Part shown: in pieces, positions 51,146 through 64,000 of the stretch
Position numbering within the stretch: the stretch's first letter is position 1
Layout of the letters: the number at the start of each line of letters is the position of its first letter
Origin: Amoebidium appalachense
Lineage: Eukaryota > Protista > Ichthyosporea
Assembly: GCA_963693365.1 (NCBI GenBank)
Contig: CAVNZM010000003.1
Span: 11,195,651-11,259,650 of the forward strand
Length of the DNA stretch: 64,000 nt
Reading direction: 5' to 3'
Made by a program: the position numbers and the translations under genes
The notes under the pieces: model-generated
What the model saw: the letters and a program-made list of their open reading frames with translations, nothing else
Database searches by the model: none
Told to the model about the DNA's origin: nothing

Positions 51146-52103
51146 GGGGGGGGGCTGGGGCATGGGGAAGGGGGGATTCAAGTTGGTGCACGCACAAAAT
51201 TAATTTTTGGATTGCAAAGTAAAGGAAAAGGTTTCTGTCAAAGGGTCCTACCATACTTCGTTTATGAGAGTTGTGTCTCACTCGTATCCGACCAGCTGAA
51301 GGTCGGAGTATTAAAACCTTGGCCGGCACCGGCCGATCGCGAGCCCCGTGTTTGCAATTGGCGGAATGGTCGGTGTGGCGGCACCGACGTGGTGCCGGTA
51401 CCTTGCCCTTTGAATTTTAATAATAATACTGGGGGGCGCATCAGAGATCTGCAAAGTTTCTCGGTGTACAAGTTTACCCTCTGCAATCGCGCTCTGCAAT
51501 CTTTGTGCAGAGGGGGTTATTGCCCATACTCCCATGTGCGCATTTACCTTTAATTCAAATCTTGGCTTGAGATTGAGGCGGCCCTCTGAAAATCCGGGCT
51601 GCGATCATCTTGTGGAGGCCCAGGGCAGGCCCGTTTTGCGTAAAAATAGCACAACCGCTGTCTGTGTTTACACGAACTAGCCCCCTCTGCAAAGGTCGCT
51701 GTTAGCCTCGAGTCTGCAGAGGGCCCCGTGTGTGATTGGCTGAGAGTGCCATCTGGACACGTGTGTGTCACAGTGTGGGAGGGGAGGGGGGGGGGGGGGG
51801 GGGGGGGGGGTTATGTATGCAACTAATACTATGTAGCCTAGCGTGACATATCATTTTAAACTAAGGTACATACTCTTGGATTAAATATAAGCTTCGTTTA
51901 CAAGCACGTGGGTTTGGGCGTAGCAATTGCAAGCCGATCCATATCAATCATTAGTAGGGTGCCAACCGTGACATGATACCATGATTTAATTTATTTATTT
52001 AATTAATCTAATTTTATTTTAATACTGATACCCAATATTGAGTACGGGCCATGGCCACGGTAATAGCCACCGGCTGCCAGTAGTGTGCCTGGGTCCCCCC
52101 CCC

Positions 52104-52147
<44 letters not shown>

Positions 52148-52324
52148 CCCCCCATTCTCCCTCCCTCCTCCTCCTCCTCTCTCAGCTAGCTAGCGCTGAG
52201 AGGTGGCGGGTCTCCCCCTTAACGTGACAACCCCCCCCCCTCCCCCCTCCTCCCCTCCTGATTTGCTACAATCCCCCCACCCTCCTCCCTCACCCCAAGC
52301 CCCCCTCATGACAAATCTAATAAG

Positions 52325-52832
52325 AGGACCCAACCACATCGGCAGAGTCAACTTGCAAAAAGCAGAATTATTTGCAAAAGTGGAATTATTGAAAAAGGCG
52401 GAATTATTCTGCAAAAAGCAGAATTATTCTGCAAAAGCAGAACCACTCTGCTTTTAGCAGAATTATTCGGCAAAAGCAGAATCAATCTGCTTTTAGAAGA
52501 ATTATTCTGCTTTTAGCAGAATTATTTCGACAGCAGAATAATTCTGTTTTTAGCAGGATAATTCTGTTAACGTTGGCAGATTGATTCTGCCTTTAGCAGA
52601 TTGATTCTGCTTTTAGCAGATTGATTCTGCTGTTTGCAGAGTGATTTTGCTTTTAGCAGATTGATTCTGCTTTTGCAAAATAATTCTGCTCTTAGCAGAT
52701 TGATTCTGCTTTTACAGAATAATTCTGCATTCTGCTTTTTGCAGTATGATTCTGCTTTTTGCAGAATAATTCTGCTTTTTGCTGAATAGTTCTGCTCGGA
52801 GCAAGTTGACTCAGCTGATGTGGTTGGGCCCT
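52325..52832. mobile_element. MITE-like element with ~32-bp terminal inverted repeats and an internal palindromic satellite
   Basis: aggacccaaccacatcggcagagtcaacttgc (52325-52356) vs gcaagttgactcagctgatgtggttgggccct (52801-52832), 3 mismatches; interior is about 20 copies of gcagaattattctgc-type units. No clean TSD. Confidence 0.7.
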
Positions 52833-53480
52833 AACAAGCCCTAGGCCTACCTCACAAGATAGCCGAGTTTTGCAACCATTTATTGTTCGATCGTTTAAAA
52901 CACCTGGGGATTTGACTATAGGCCAGAGGCCCCGGGATCCGGAGCGACCAATAAGGGAAGCATGATTTCGAAACGGAACTCGGGGGGGGGGGGGGGGGGG
53001 AGGAAGGGCCGGGGGAGGGGGAGGGAGGGGGGAGGGGGGGGGGGGCGGAGGAGGGGGGAGGGGGTAAAAGCATTTTTGGGGTTGGGAGGGGCGGCGGGGA
53101 GCGGGTTCCCCCACATCATCTCGATCGAGGTGGATTCTTCCGAGGAGAGTGAATCTTGGGGCAGGGCTGGATCCATCCACCCTCCGTAAGAATGCCTGCC
53201 CAGTGGGGAGGAGGGAGTGAGGCGAGCCCACGACCCATCCGAGTAGGTAGCCTTTCATCTCTACCCCTCCCCCCTCCCCCTCAGCAACACCACCTCCCCC
53301 CCCCCCCCCCCCCCCCCCCCGCCCCCGAGTCCCCCCGTGGGGGGTTAGGAGGGGGGAACCCACCTAGCCGTCCGGCTGCCATCACTATTTCAGCTTATGA
53401 TGGAAATAAATCAGAAACCCCTTTCTCCCTCTCCTCCTCCTCTGTAGCGCCCCCCCTCCCCCCTCCCTCTCCCTTTCCCC

Positions 53481-53540
<60 letters not shown>

Positions 53541-54051
53541 CACACACACAGGTGGTCCCCTTCTGGCCGTAAATCTCCCTTCTCAGTTTATGTTTTCTGG
53601 GGCTTCTCACAGTGATCATGAGGATTTGACGCTTTTAATTTATTACTTTAAAGCTCTAATGCTTTAGTAATTGTGCTTTGCTGCTGTAATGCTGGTCGCT
53701 CACTCGTCGAGTCGTTCTGAACACGTGCACAGTGTACCCCCCCCCCCCCTCTCTCCTCCCCCCCCCCCCCCCCCTCTTCCCCCCCGCCCCACCTCCCCTG
53801 CCTCCACGGGCAAATTACTTACCCCAGCGCGATCTGCAGAGTTTTATCATGCACGATCTCGCTTGACCTTTTCCCACCGCAAGTGTACACAAGAGCACTT
53901 CGTTTTTGTGATGGTTGCCCACAACCGGATAACTACTGGCACCACCGTTGACACCCGTGGGCATCAACAAGAACACAGCCTCACAAACACACTGTCACCT
54001 GCACACACACACACACAGTGTCACACACACACAGACGTACATACATACACA

Positions 54052-54085
<34 letters not shown>

Positions 54086-54175
54086 TGTGTGCGTGAGTGC
54101 GTGCGCACACACAAACACACGCACGCATGCACACATGCACGCGCGCGCGTACACACACATGCACACACACACACG

Positions 54176-54272
<97 letters not shown>

Positions 54273-54407
54273 GCACAACTCACAATCTGGCAAAACACCA
54301 CAACTGTTACACACCCACACACATACGTAAGTAGTATGGTTGATCTTGGAGGCCGTGTATAATATTCGAAGTTCGTGCACAATTGAATTTGTCCTAACAA
54401 CACGAAA

Positions 54408-54483
<76 letters not shown>

Positions 54484-54654
54484 ATCCTCCCCCCCCCCCC
54501 CCCCTCCCCCCAACACACACACACACACACACACACACAACACAGTCACACACACGATCACCAGATTCCTATGCACATGTCACACACACACACGTACACA
54601 TACACGCACACACGAACACACATACTCTCTCTCTACCCCCCCCCCCCCCCCCCG

Positions 54655-54717
<63 letters not shown>

Positions 54718-55365
54718 TCGCGACCGGGGTGAGGGACTCTCGTAACTCTTGAATGATGCGCTCCGGAACAATCAAATAACTAACTGCTGTCGTCAGTGGT
54801 GCGTGAGTAAGCGTTCTGATTGGCTAAAGACCCTAAATAGCCTTTTCGGGTGATTTATTTTTTGTGTTCGTGCTCGTTCGTGCGCGGCGCCGCAACGCGT
54901 TAGGAAGCAGGTGACAGTCCGCGTGTGGTTCAAAGGTTTTCTTTTGTTTCTTGTGCATGTTAGATGTAGTGTACATAGGGTCGGACAGATTTGTACAAGT
55001 AGAGAGAGAAAACTTTATTATGGTTGTGTGTATAGCCGTTTAGGTGGAGAGAATAATTGCGAGCGAGGAAGTGGTTAGTTGGTTGGGTGTACACGTGTAC
55101 AATGAAAGTATCAAGAGGCAGGGCAAGAGACGGTTCCTAGTCATTCCCCATCTTGCGGGCGCGCCATCACAACATTACCCGGCGCGGGAAAAGAGTGCTG
55201 CAGTGCTTTCTGTCAGGCAGTTTAGAGCTCGTTTTCGTGTTCCAGGAGTAGCGGGAAGAAGCCTTCGGCCTGGGCAGGTGCTGATGGAGACTGACACACT
55301 TGCATCTTGAATAGCCAGCTGCTTTATAAAGCTCCCGTTCTCGCGATTTTTTGTTATTCAGCAGG

Positions 55366-56021
55366 ATGGCCGCTGTTTTTTCAGGGGCATATGGCGTTAG
55401 GGCAGCAATGTCGCTCGCCCACACTAGGGCTGTAGTTTTTTCCATCGCAGCCAAACATGGTCGCCTTTTCTCAAGCACCGCATCCAACTACAATAGCGTG
55501 AAAGGCACATACCGAAAAACTCTGGGCCAGAAAAGACCCGGTCGCTCCAATCTCTCCATCCCAGCCGAGCTTCCAATCTTCCAAGTTTATGGCGCAAACA
55601 CAGACGTGGGTAAAACGGTGGTGTCTGCTGGGCTCATCAGGAGCGCGCTTAGGAATGATGGAAAGGCGGTGTACATAAAACCCGTGCAGACGGGTATGAC
55701 AATAGACATTGATTTTGTCAAGCGAGCTTCTTCTTTGCTTGAGAAATCAGAAGAGCACACACTTTTGTTGTCTTCACCTTACCGCTGGGCGCATCCGGTT
55801 TCCCCACACCTGGCAGCCACTCTCGAGGGCAAGTTTGCCGACGATGCCACCGTGGTGGATGCGTTGAGGAGGGACATAGAAGTGCTCTGCTGTCGGTCTC
55901 CAGAAATTTTTACATTAGTGGAAACCGCGGTGTGTATACCTTCCTCTCCAACCCCCCCCCCCTCCCCCCTCTCCCCTCCTTTCTGGGGTTCTTCGCTCGC
56001 TTGCGCTCTCTCTACACACGC

Positions 56022-56076
<55 letters not shown>

Positions 56077-56780
56077 TGGGCGCACACACACACACACACA
56101 CATAAATTTTCTCCCTCCCCCCCCCCCCCCTCCCTCCTTCCCCCCGTCCTCTCCCCCTTGCCCCCTCCACCCCCCCTTTCGCTCTCTCCCTCTCTCCCCC
56201 CTCCCCTTCCCCCCTCCCCCCAACGTTCTCTCCCTCTCTCCCTCTCTCCCTCCCCCTCTCTCACTCCCTCTCTCTCTCTCTTCTCGCTGTTCTCCCCCTC
56301 CCACCCCACCTTCCCCCCCCCCCCCCCCCCCCCCCCCCCCCGTCACCTCTCTCCCGCCCCCTCTTTACTTGTTTTGTTTTGGCCGACTGGTATGTATAAT
56401 ATGAGCTTCCGACATTAAGTGTCTGCTTGAAACAGCACCCTTGCACACCACAAAACCCATTCTGATCTGAAAATTCCTCTTTTTCTCCAGGGGGGGGTTC
56501 TTAGCCCCGGGCCCTCTGGTACCCTCCAGGCAGACATCTATAGACCCCTCCGCCTGCCAACCATTTTGGTTGCGGACGGAAAGCTAGGGGGAATCTCCCA
56601 GACCCTGTGTTCATACGAGAGCCTCATGCTGAGAGGGTATGCGTCCTCCCCCCTCACCCCCTTCGCCCCCCAATCCCCCCCCCCCCCCCCCCCAAAAAAA
56701 AAAAAAAAAAAAAAAAAAAAACCAACCAACCCAACTGCATAACCATTTCTCACCGCGTTCCCCAGTTGTTCAATCTGGCT

Positions 56781-56811
<31 letters not shown>

Positions 56812-57553
56812 TGGCCGCCGCAAAAAGAAAAAAAAAGAGGGGGGAAAAAAAAACAATGAACCAAACAACGAATCTACACACACAACCTTTCATCCCCACC
56901 TTCCCCCGTTGTTCTCCCTGGGGACCCCCAAATACCCCTTCCCTCCCCCCTTCCCCCCCCCTCTCCCCCTCCCCCCCCCCCCCCCCCCCTTCCCCACCCA
57001 CCACCACCACCACCCCGCCCCCCAAAAAAAGAAAAGAATAGAAGAGAAAGAAAGATGCACGTTAGTCTATCATACGATTTCGTCGGAAGGTCCGATCCCT
57101 TTTGAATAGATGGGTTCGAGCTTAAGGTGGAAATCTATTCTGTCCTTTCCCCCCGTCTTTTAATGACTTAAACGAGACAAATGTCGCCTCCGCATGTCCT
57201 TTTTAGAAGGCGAGCGGGCAAGTCTCCGTCGTCTGTTTCGTGCATTAGTACTCTCGCTGTTTTTTGTGTGGGTCGTGTTCTGGCTGTATCGCCCCCCCCC
57301 CCCCCCCCCCCCCCCCCCCCCACCCACCCACCACAATCACCACCCCTCTTCTTCCCCTCTACCCCCCTTTTCTGGCAGCTTCCATCTTCCAATCCTGCAC
57401 GACTGTAGTCGTTTGGCCCTCCTTGAACCCCCCTCCCCCCCCGCGCCCCCGCCCCGTCCCTGAACATAAAAACAAATGAAAGTGAGATAAAGAGTTAGGC
57501 TGAATATGCTGCTGTAATGATCTGTGAATATCTGCTCTGATGCGAATCAACCT

Positions 57554-57584
<31 letters not shown>

Positions 57585-57986
57585 TCTCCCCTCCACCATT
57601 TCCCCCTTCCCCTTTTGTTATTTCATTTCCTTCTTTCTCTCCTCCTCTCTCTCTTTCTTTTTTCTCTTCCTCTAGTTCTTTGGTTCTTTATTTCTTTCTT
57701 TTCTTTCTTTCTTTCCCTTTTCTTTCTTTTTCTTTTTTTCTTTGTTTTTTATTTGGGGAGGGGGGGGGAAGGGGGGCAAGGCTTTGATGGAGAAGATACA
57801 TTGCTTTAGCACGTCGGTTTCCATGATCCCTTCTGAACCAATCAATATCCAATCCAACATAATCTAATCTAATGGAATCTAATATATCCTTCTCGTATCG
57901 CACGACACAGGTATGACGTCTTGTCTGTGATTTTTGTTGGTCTAAGCCACAACATCCAATACTTCAAGGTGGGTTGCCAACCAACC

Positions 57987-58035
<49 letters not shown>

Positions 58036-58172
58036 AGGCACACGGTCCTCAAATTTAAGTACCCACACCCAGCCATTTTTTTTTTTTTTGCCACGTATCT
58101 TCCTGCTGTCCTCCACTCTCCATCTCCTCTTCAATGATCCGTTTCCCCCCTCCGTCCCTAACTCATCCCCCC

Positions 58173-58235
<63 letters not shown>

Positions 58236-59471
58236 ATCAACAACATCAACAACAACACCCCACTCCCACCCCCCTGCTCCTTTCTTTTTGCCCGGTATCA
58301 CCCCACCCATACCCTCCTCCCATCCTTCCAAGCTCTCTCCCCCCTTTCCTTTCCTTTTTTTTTTTTTTTTTTTTTTTTTTTTGACTAATGGGGGCATTTT
58401 TCTTCTTTTTTTTGCATGCATTACAACAAATCATGGCTTGGAACCACGGCACGAGTATAATGAATGGTAGAAACTGCTGCCATAAAGCTATCACAATTCT
58501 CTGATTGGTAGGAGCGCCCAAAGATACAACACACTGTCACTACATACAATCATGTTATTTAAATCTTATAGACCCACTTAAAACTTAACACAGCCATCCT
58601 ACTGGTAGGAGCGCACAGCCAGAGACACCACACAGTCATTGACTACTAATCGAACACTGATGGTATATGCATTATTAACCTTATATAAGTTAAAAAGTAA
58701 CACAGCCATCCAATGGACAGAAATGTACAAAACCAACATATCCTTATTGATTACTACTAGCATTAAAATGTAAAACAACATAAAAACTAACACAGCCATT
58801 CGATTGGTAGGAGCTCACCAAGTCATTATGTTATTACTAGCATTAAAACGTAAATCAACATAAAACTTACGCAGCCATCTACGACTGATATGTCAGCGTT
58901 ATAATATAAAGCAACATAAAATCTAACGCAGCCATTCGATTAGTGGGAGCTCACAAAGTCGTTTGTTACTACTAGCATTATTAATATAGATCAACATAAC
59001 AAAGCCATCAACGACAAATAGTACAGCATCAAATATATAACCACATAAAACCTGTCGCAGCCATCTACGACTACTATGTCAGCATTATAATATTAAACAA
59101 CATAAAAACCAACACAGCCATCAACGACTAATATTACAGCATTATAATATAAAACAAGGTAAAAACTAACGCAGCCATCCGATTTGCAGGAGCACACCAC
59201 CATTCAATCCGTCTACTGCCTGCCCGATGTCCCCCCCCAGCCCGAGCCCCTTGACAGGTGGTGGCCTTCGACTGATGACGTGTTTGATCGCATCAGAGAG
59301 GATATGCTCAGTAAGCAGAAGGTGTGTGTGTGTGTGTGTGTGTTTGGGGACTTTGGGTTTGTTTGGTTTTTTTCTTTCTTTTCTTCTTTTTTATTTCTTC
59401 ATTATAATTATTGGTTGGTTGGGGAGGAGAGGTTGGGTTGGTGGGTGGGTGGGTGGGCAGGGGGGCGGGGT

Positions 59472-59510
<39 letters not shown>

Positions 59511-59592
59511 CAAGGGGATGGGGTGTGTGTGGGGGGGGAGTTGAGTCTTGGGGGGTGGCTGCGTGGGCCGAAGGCGACACACATACACACAT

Positions 59593-59630
<38 letters not shown>

Positions 59631-59632
59631 TC

Positions 59633-59664
<32 letters not shown>

Positions 59665-59982
59665 CAGGTAAAAAAAAAAAAGAAGAGAGAGATGCACCCG
59701 TACATTTGAACAGCAAAACTTACCCCGCACTCAGAAACTCTGCAATTGGATACGACTTTGGAAAAATCAGCGTCGTGGTGTTCAGAACCGCGACAAAAGG
59801 AAGAACGGGAAGAATGGCGAGGGTATACTTGCGAATCGTCGGCGCTTCCGCATTTTTGGCCTTGCAGTGAACATAAGTGTGGTGTATGCAGTCGACAATA
59901 CATATGATAGAAACTAGGCACGATAACGAGAAAACAACCAGATATCCGGTGGATGGGTCTGTGAAGAGCTGCGATACGTTTT

Positions 59983-60017
<35 letters not shown>

Positions 60018-60206
60018 GTACACACACACACACGTACACAGGCAATGCTAGCGTCTGCCCAAGAAATGTCCACCCAAGCCTCCACGCACGTCTGGTGGCC
60101 CTTCACCCAGCACCAACACAGTTTAGACTCAAAGTCAAACCCGCTTATCATTGACTCTGCTCATGGTGACAATTTCACAGTGCTTACGGGTAACAAGACT
60201 GCCATA

Positions 60207-60290
<84 letters not shown>

Positions 60291-61769
60291 ACAAACTGCA
60301 TAGGAACTCCCCCAACCCCCCTGATAATGGGCTCTGTTGAAGTGTCATCTGATTGCACGTTTGCTGTTTTTCTGTCCCATGGTTCAATTCCCGAAGGGGA
60401 GGGGGGGGGGGGTAACGTTTTCTCTTTTGCCTTGTAGTGTTTTTTTCCATGTTTCCTACCCTCTAATGCATATACCCCCCCCCCCCCCCCCCCCCCCCCC
60501 TCCAACTCCCCCTCCACCTCCCTGCCGCCTTTCCCCCCTCCCTCCCCCCTCCCTCCCCCCGCCGCCCCCCTCTTCTATGCTCCTCAACTTCTCTCCCCAA
60601 CATGTCTTTCTGTGTGAGTGATCTTTGGTTTGCCTTTTGGTTTTACTTCATGCACTTCTTTCAGTGCCCTCCTGCCGGTTTTGGGCTGAGGGAGGGAGGA
60701 AAGGTGGGGAGGGGGGGGGGGGGGGGGGGGGGTCATCCTCCATTGTAGGTGTTCTTTGTTTCTGCGGTGTGCTGTCTAAACGCTTCAGGTGTAACTCCAC
60801 AATGACCCCAAAATGGCTTCGAATATCTGAAATTTCTTAGGTAATGGTTGTGAAACAAGATGATTCATTCGCTTTCTCTTCATCGGGCTTTTATATGTGA
60901 AGTTATGGGCTATTATGAGACACACGCCTTGCATGTTTTCGTTTCGACTTTTGTAATATAAAAAGGGAAAAGCCATTAACTGGAGCTACAAACTATGTAG
61001 TGTTTCCCTTGACTTCTTCCAAAAGGAGCCATGATGTTATTTGTAACACACTGAATGGAGCAATAAGGATCAATGACGAGGTCTTTCCTACAGTTATACA
61101 TATTTATGCGCAAACCGGTATATTTGAACTCGTTTTTTCTTCCTCTTACAGGTGACGACAAGATCGACACCAGGAAGGAGCTGTTCGATTCGTGTGCCAG
61201 CTGGTGGACACAGGGGGTGATTAGGGGGGATTCAAACATCAGCCTGGCCATGGCCTATGCCACAGGGAGGTGAGCACTGGGTGTGGAAAATGAGCACTGA
61301 GTGTGGGAATTGAGCACTGGGTGTGGAAAATGAGCACTGGGTGTGGGAATTGAGCACTGTTTGTGGGAATTGAGATTAAATGTGGAAAATGAGCACTGGG
61401 TGTGGAAAATGAGCACTGGGTGTGGGAATTGAGCATTTAATGTGGAAAATGAGCATTAGGTGTGGGAAATGAGCATTAGATGTGGAAGAGGAGCGCAGCT
61501 GTGGGGCGGTGAGAGCTGGTGTAGGTGAGAGGTGAGCGCTGGTGTGGGATGGAGTGATTGGTGTGTGGTTACATGTGGTGTATCCGCGGAAAGTTAACAC
61601 TTAATTGAAACGGTGTGGGTGTTTGAGCGGTGTGCTCGACTTTTGCCCTGTGGAAGATGTGGTTAGACTGAGGACTACGGCGAACACACACTCATGATGT
61701 TTCCTTCTCCTAGATCTTCCATGCACACACACACACCCACACACGCGCACACACGTACACGCGCAAGCA

Positions 61770-61855
<86 letters not shown>

Positions 61856-64000
61856 CACAGGTACGGGCATGTCATGTTCCCCAACAACATGCACCAGCCC
61901 GCCTATGACCTCTGCAAGCTGCTACTGAACGGGGTGGGCAAGAGTTGGGCTCAGAGGGTGTTTTTCAGCGACAACGGATCGACGGCGATTGAGATTGCAC
62001 TGAAGATGGCGTTCAGGAAATTTGCAAAGGTGTGGTGTTTGTTTCTTTCTCTCTCTTTTTTTTTTTTTTTTTTTTTTGGTTCTTCCTCTTCTTTTGTTTT
62101 CTTTTCTTTTCGTTTGTCTTTTGTTTGGTTTTCTCTTCTTTTCTTTTCTTTTCTTTCTTTTTTTGATTTTTTTTCTTCTTTTTTGACAAAAGAGCACAAT
62201 TCTCTCACCCACAAACATCCTATCCGATTTCTGACTTTCCCGATTACCCATATATAGGACCATGCGATTTCCGGTGACGCCCCCCTCCGTGTGGTCTCCC
62301 TAGAGGGCTGCTACCACGGAGACACCCTCGGGGCCATGGACGTGGCCACCCCAAACCCCTTCAACGCCAACCAGCACCCCTGGTTCAACTCAAAGGTGGG
62401 GGGTTTTATATGAATATCCACTACCCCTGCGCCCCCCCCCCCCCCCCCCCCCCCCTCCCCCGGCTCTTTCCCGGTCCCTTTCTCCATTATTGCCTTCCGC
62501 CCCCCTCCCCTCCCATCCCCTCCCCCTCCCCACCCACCCACCCACCCACCCACCCTCCCCTCCCCGGGTCCTCCCTGAGAATGGGCTCTGCTTTTGACGC
62601 ATACTGTGCGCATTGCTGATGCTACATACTTGAGTGTTTGCCTTCTCGTTGTGTATGTGACTTCGTACCGTTTCCGCATTCAAACCCCCCCTTTCTCTCT
62701 CTTCCTTCTCCCCTCTCCTCCCTGCCTCCCCTCTTACACCTGTCCCTACCTCCCTCTCTCTCTCCCTCTCTGCCTTTATTAATTCCTCCCGACATTGCCA
62801 AGAAGCTTCATCCAAAACAGAAGTTGGGTGGGTGTGGGTGAGGTAGGATGTAGGAACGAAAACATTAAAGACGGACATAGTGCAGTAAGAGGCGCGGTGG
62901 GGAGGGGAGGGGGAGGAAAGAAAAGAAGAAAGAAAAAACAGACATGCAGAGTGGGTGATACAAGTAGAGCCCAATATTGGTGGTTGCTCAAGTCGGATGT
63001 TAACAGTGAGCCCATAAAACGGGTTTGGACTCCCCCCTCTCCCCCCCCCCCCCTCCCCCCCTCCCCCTCCCCCCTCCCCCACCTCCCCTTAATGCCCCCC
63101 CCCCCCCCCTTTTTTTTTTTTTTGCTCCCCACCAGACTGTTGCCTTCAACCCTCCATCCGTTGCCTGTGTCAAGGGAAAGTACTGTGTGCACGTTCCCGA
63201 GGAGATTGGCTTCAATGAAACGATCACGGTAAAGCCCCCCCTCCCCCCCCCTCCCCCCCTCCCTCCCTCCCTTCTCTGGCTGTCTACACATTCCTAATAA
63301 ACACCTGCAAACGGAAAACACTATCAGCAAAGACTTTAGTAAAGGGGGGGAGGAGGTGAAGGTGGGAGAGGGGGGGGGGGGGGGGGGTTGAGGGAGAGGG
63401 GGCCGGGGGGTTGCCCAATTATCAACGACGGGCGTGGCAAAAGCCGGGGGTTGTGTTGCTAAACCCATGGAACAACTAAATTAGTGAACAGCTTGCAACA
63501 AAAGACGTAAAATAATTAGTGTCAAACCAGATAGTTTGACTGATATTTGTCAAAACATAGAGTGTAATGATTGGTAATTGGCAGAATTAATTAAAATAAT
63601 AATAATGATGATTTTTATGATGTCAAACTGAATTGATCATATAAAACTATAATTAAATGAAATAGTTTAAGGACATGTATACTGATTGTATTTGATCCCC
63701 TGAACAAACAGTTTTCAGACCACCACCAGATGGTCAGTGGGTACGAAGAGTAATAAATACCAAATGAACAGGATCAATTGATAACATAATTACATAATTA
63801 TATAAAATGAAAATGTATATGCTGATCAATTGATAAGACATAATATAGTTACATTTATATATCTATATATATATATATAATGAAAATGTATATCTGATTC
63901 CCATTCTTCCAACCTGAACAGTTTTCAGACCACCATCAAATGGTCAGTGGGTACGATGCTGACGGCAGGCGCACGGATGCGTACCGAAGATACATCTCGA
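55366..64000 (+). CDS. bioDA: Bifunctional dethiobiotin synthetase / DAPA aminotransferase (BIO3-BIO1 type), spliced, with probable mitochondrial presequence; continues past the window end
   Basis: Approximate exons 55366-55929 (GANTDVGKT, KPVQTG, SPHLAA, LVETA), 56491-56636 (GGVLSPGPSG..QADIYRPLRLP, LGGIS), 57911-57968, 59190-59321, 60042-60189 (WWPFTQH, IDSAHGD), 61152-61269 (FDSCASWWTQG), 61861-62029 (YGHVMFP, FFSDNGSTAIEIALKMA), 62259-62395 (YHGDTLGAMD), 63136-63228, 63921-end. Confidence 0.93.
58575..59185. repeat. Degenerate AT-rich tandem repeat (about 55-70 bp) in a bioDA intron
   Basis: Recurrent aacataaaaactaac(a/g)cagccat and actagcatta(t)aa motifs. Confidence 0.7.
61270..61490. 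repeat. 20-bp tandem repeat (about 11 copies) starting at a splice donor
   Basis: tgagcactgggtgtgg(a/g)aa(a/t) repeated directly after exon end AG|GTGAGC. Confidence 0.85.

Overview
Eukaryotic genomic DNA (GT-AG introns, AATAAA, TATA and CCAAT signals; taxon not determinable from sequence alone, but a unicellular opisthokont or other protist is plausible) made of two very different compartments. (1) Bases 1-~17.2 kb are gene-dense, intronless and almost free of microsatellites, and look like the right part of an endogenous DNA virus or large mobile element. They encode a Fic protein, a patatin phospholipase, a Cys/His-repeat PD-(D/E)xK-like nuclease, a D5/SF3 helicase, three C2H2 zinc-finger genes, several orphan genes and an HNH-AP2 endonuclease. 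The non-coding architecture is unusual: related GC-rich modules between genes; three inverted-iteron hairpins; a ~6 kb cassette bracketed by inverted arrays of 92/93-bp palindrome-containing repeats, enclosing three coiled-coil genes and a ~40-unit TTAGGG-containing array; and a perfect 379-bp GC-rich palindrome at the boundary with host-like DNA. No capsid, packaging ATPase, polymerase or integrase gene is visible in this window, so the element class remains an inference. (2) Bases ~18-64 kb are host-like DNA packed with poly-G/C, (CA)n and (GA)n tracts. They hold a frameshifted bacterial-type DUF1254 pseudogene, a large multi-exon gene of unknown function with a 5.1-kb last exon, and a head-to-head biotin pair: spliced bioF (minus strand) and spliced bifunctional bioD-bioA (plus strand, running off the window). 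Introns contain MITE-like elements, a dispersed ~95-bp repeat and degraded copies of neighbouring exons. Coordinates were read by eye; exon boundaries are approximate.
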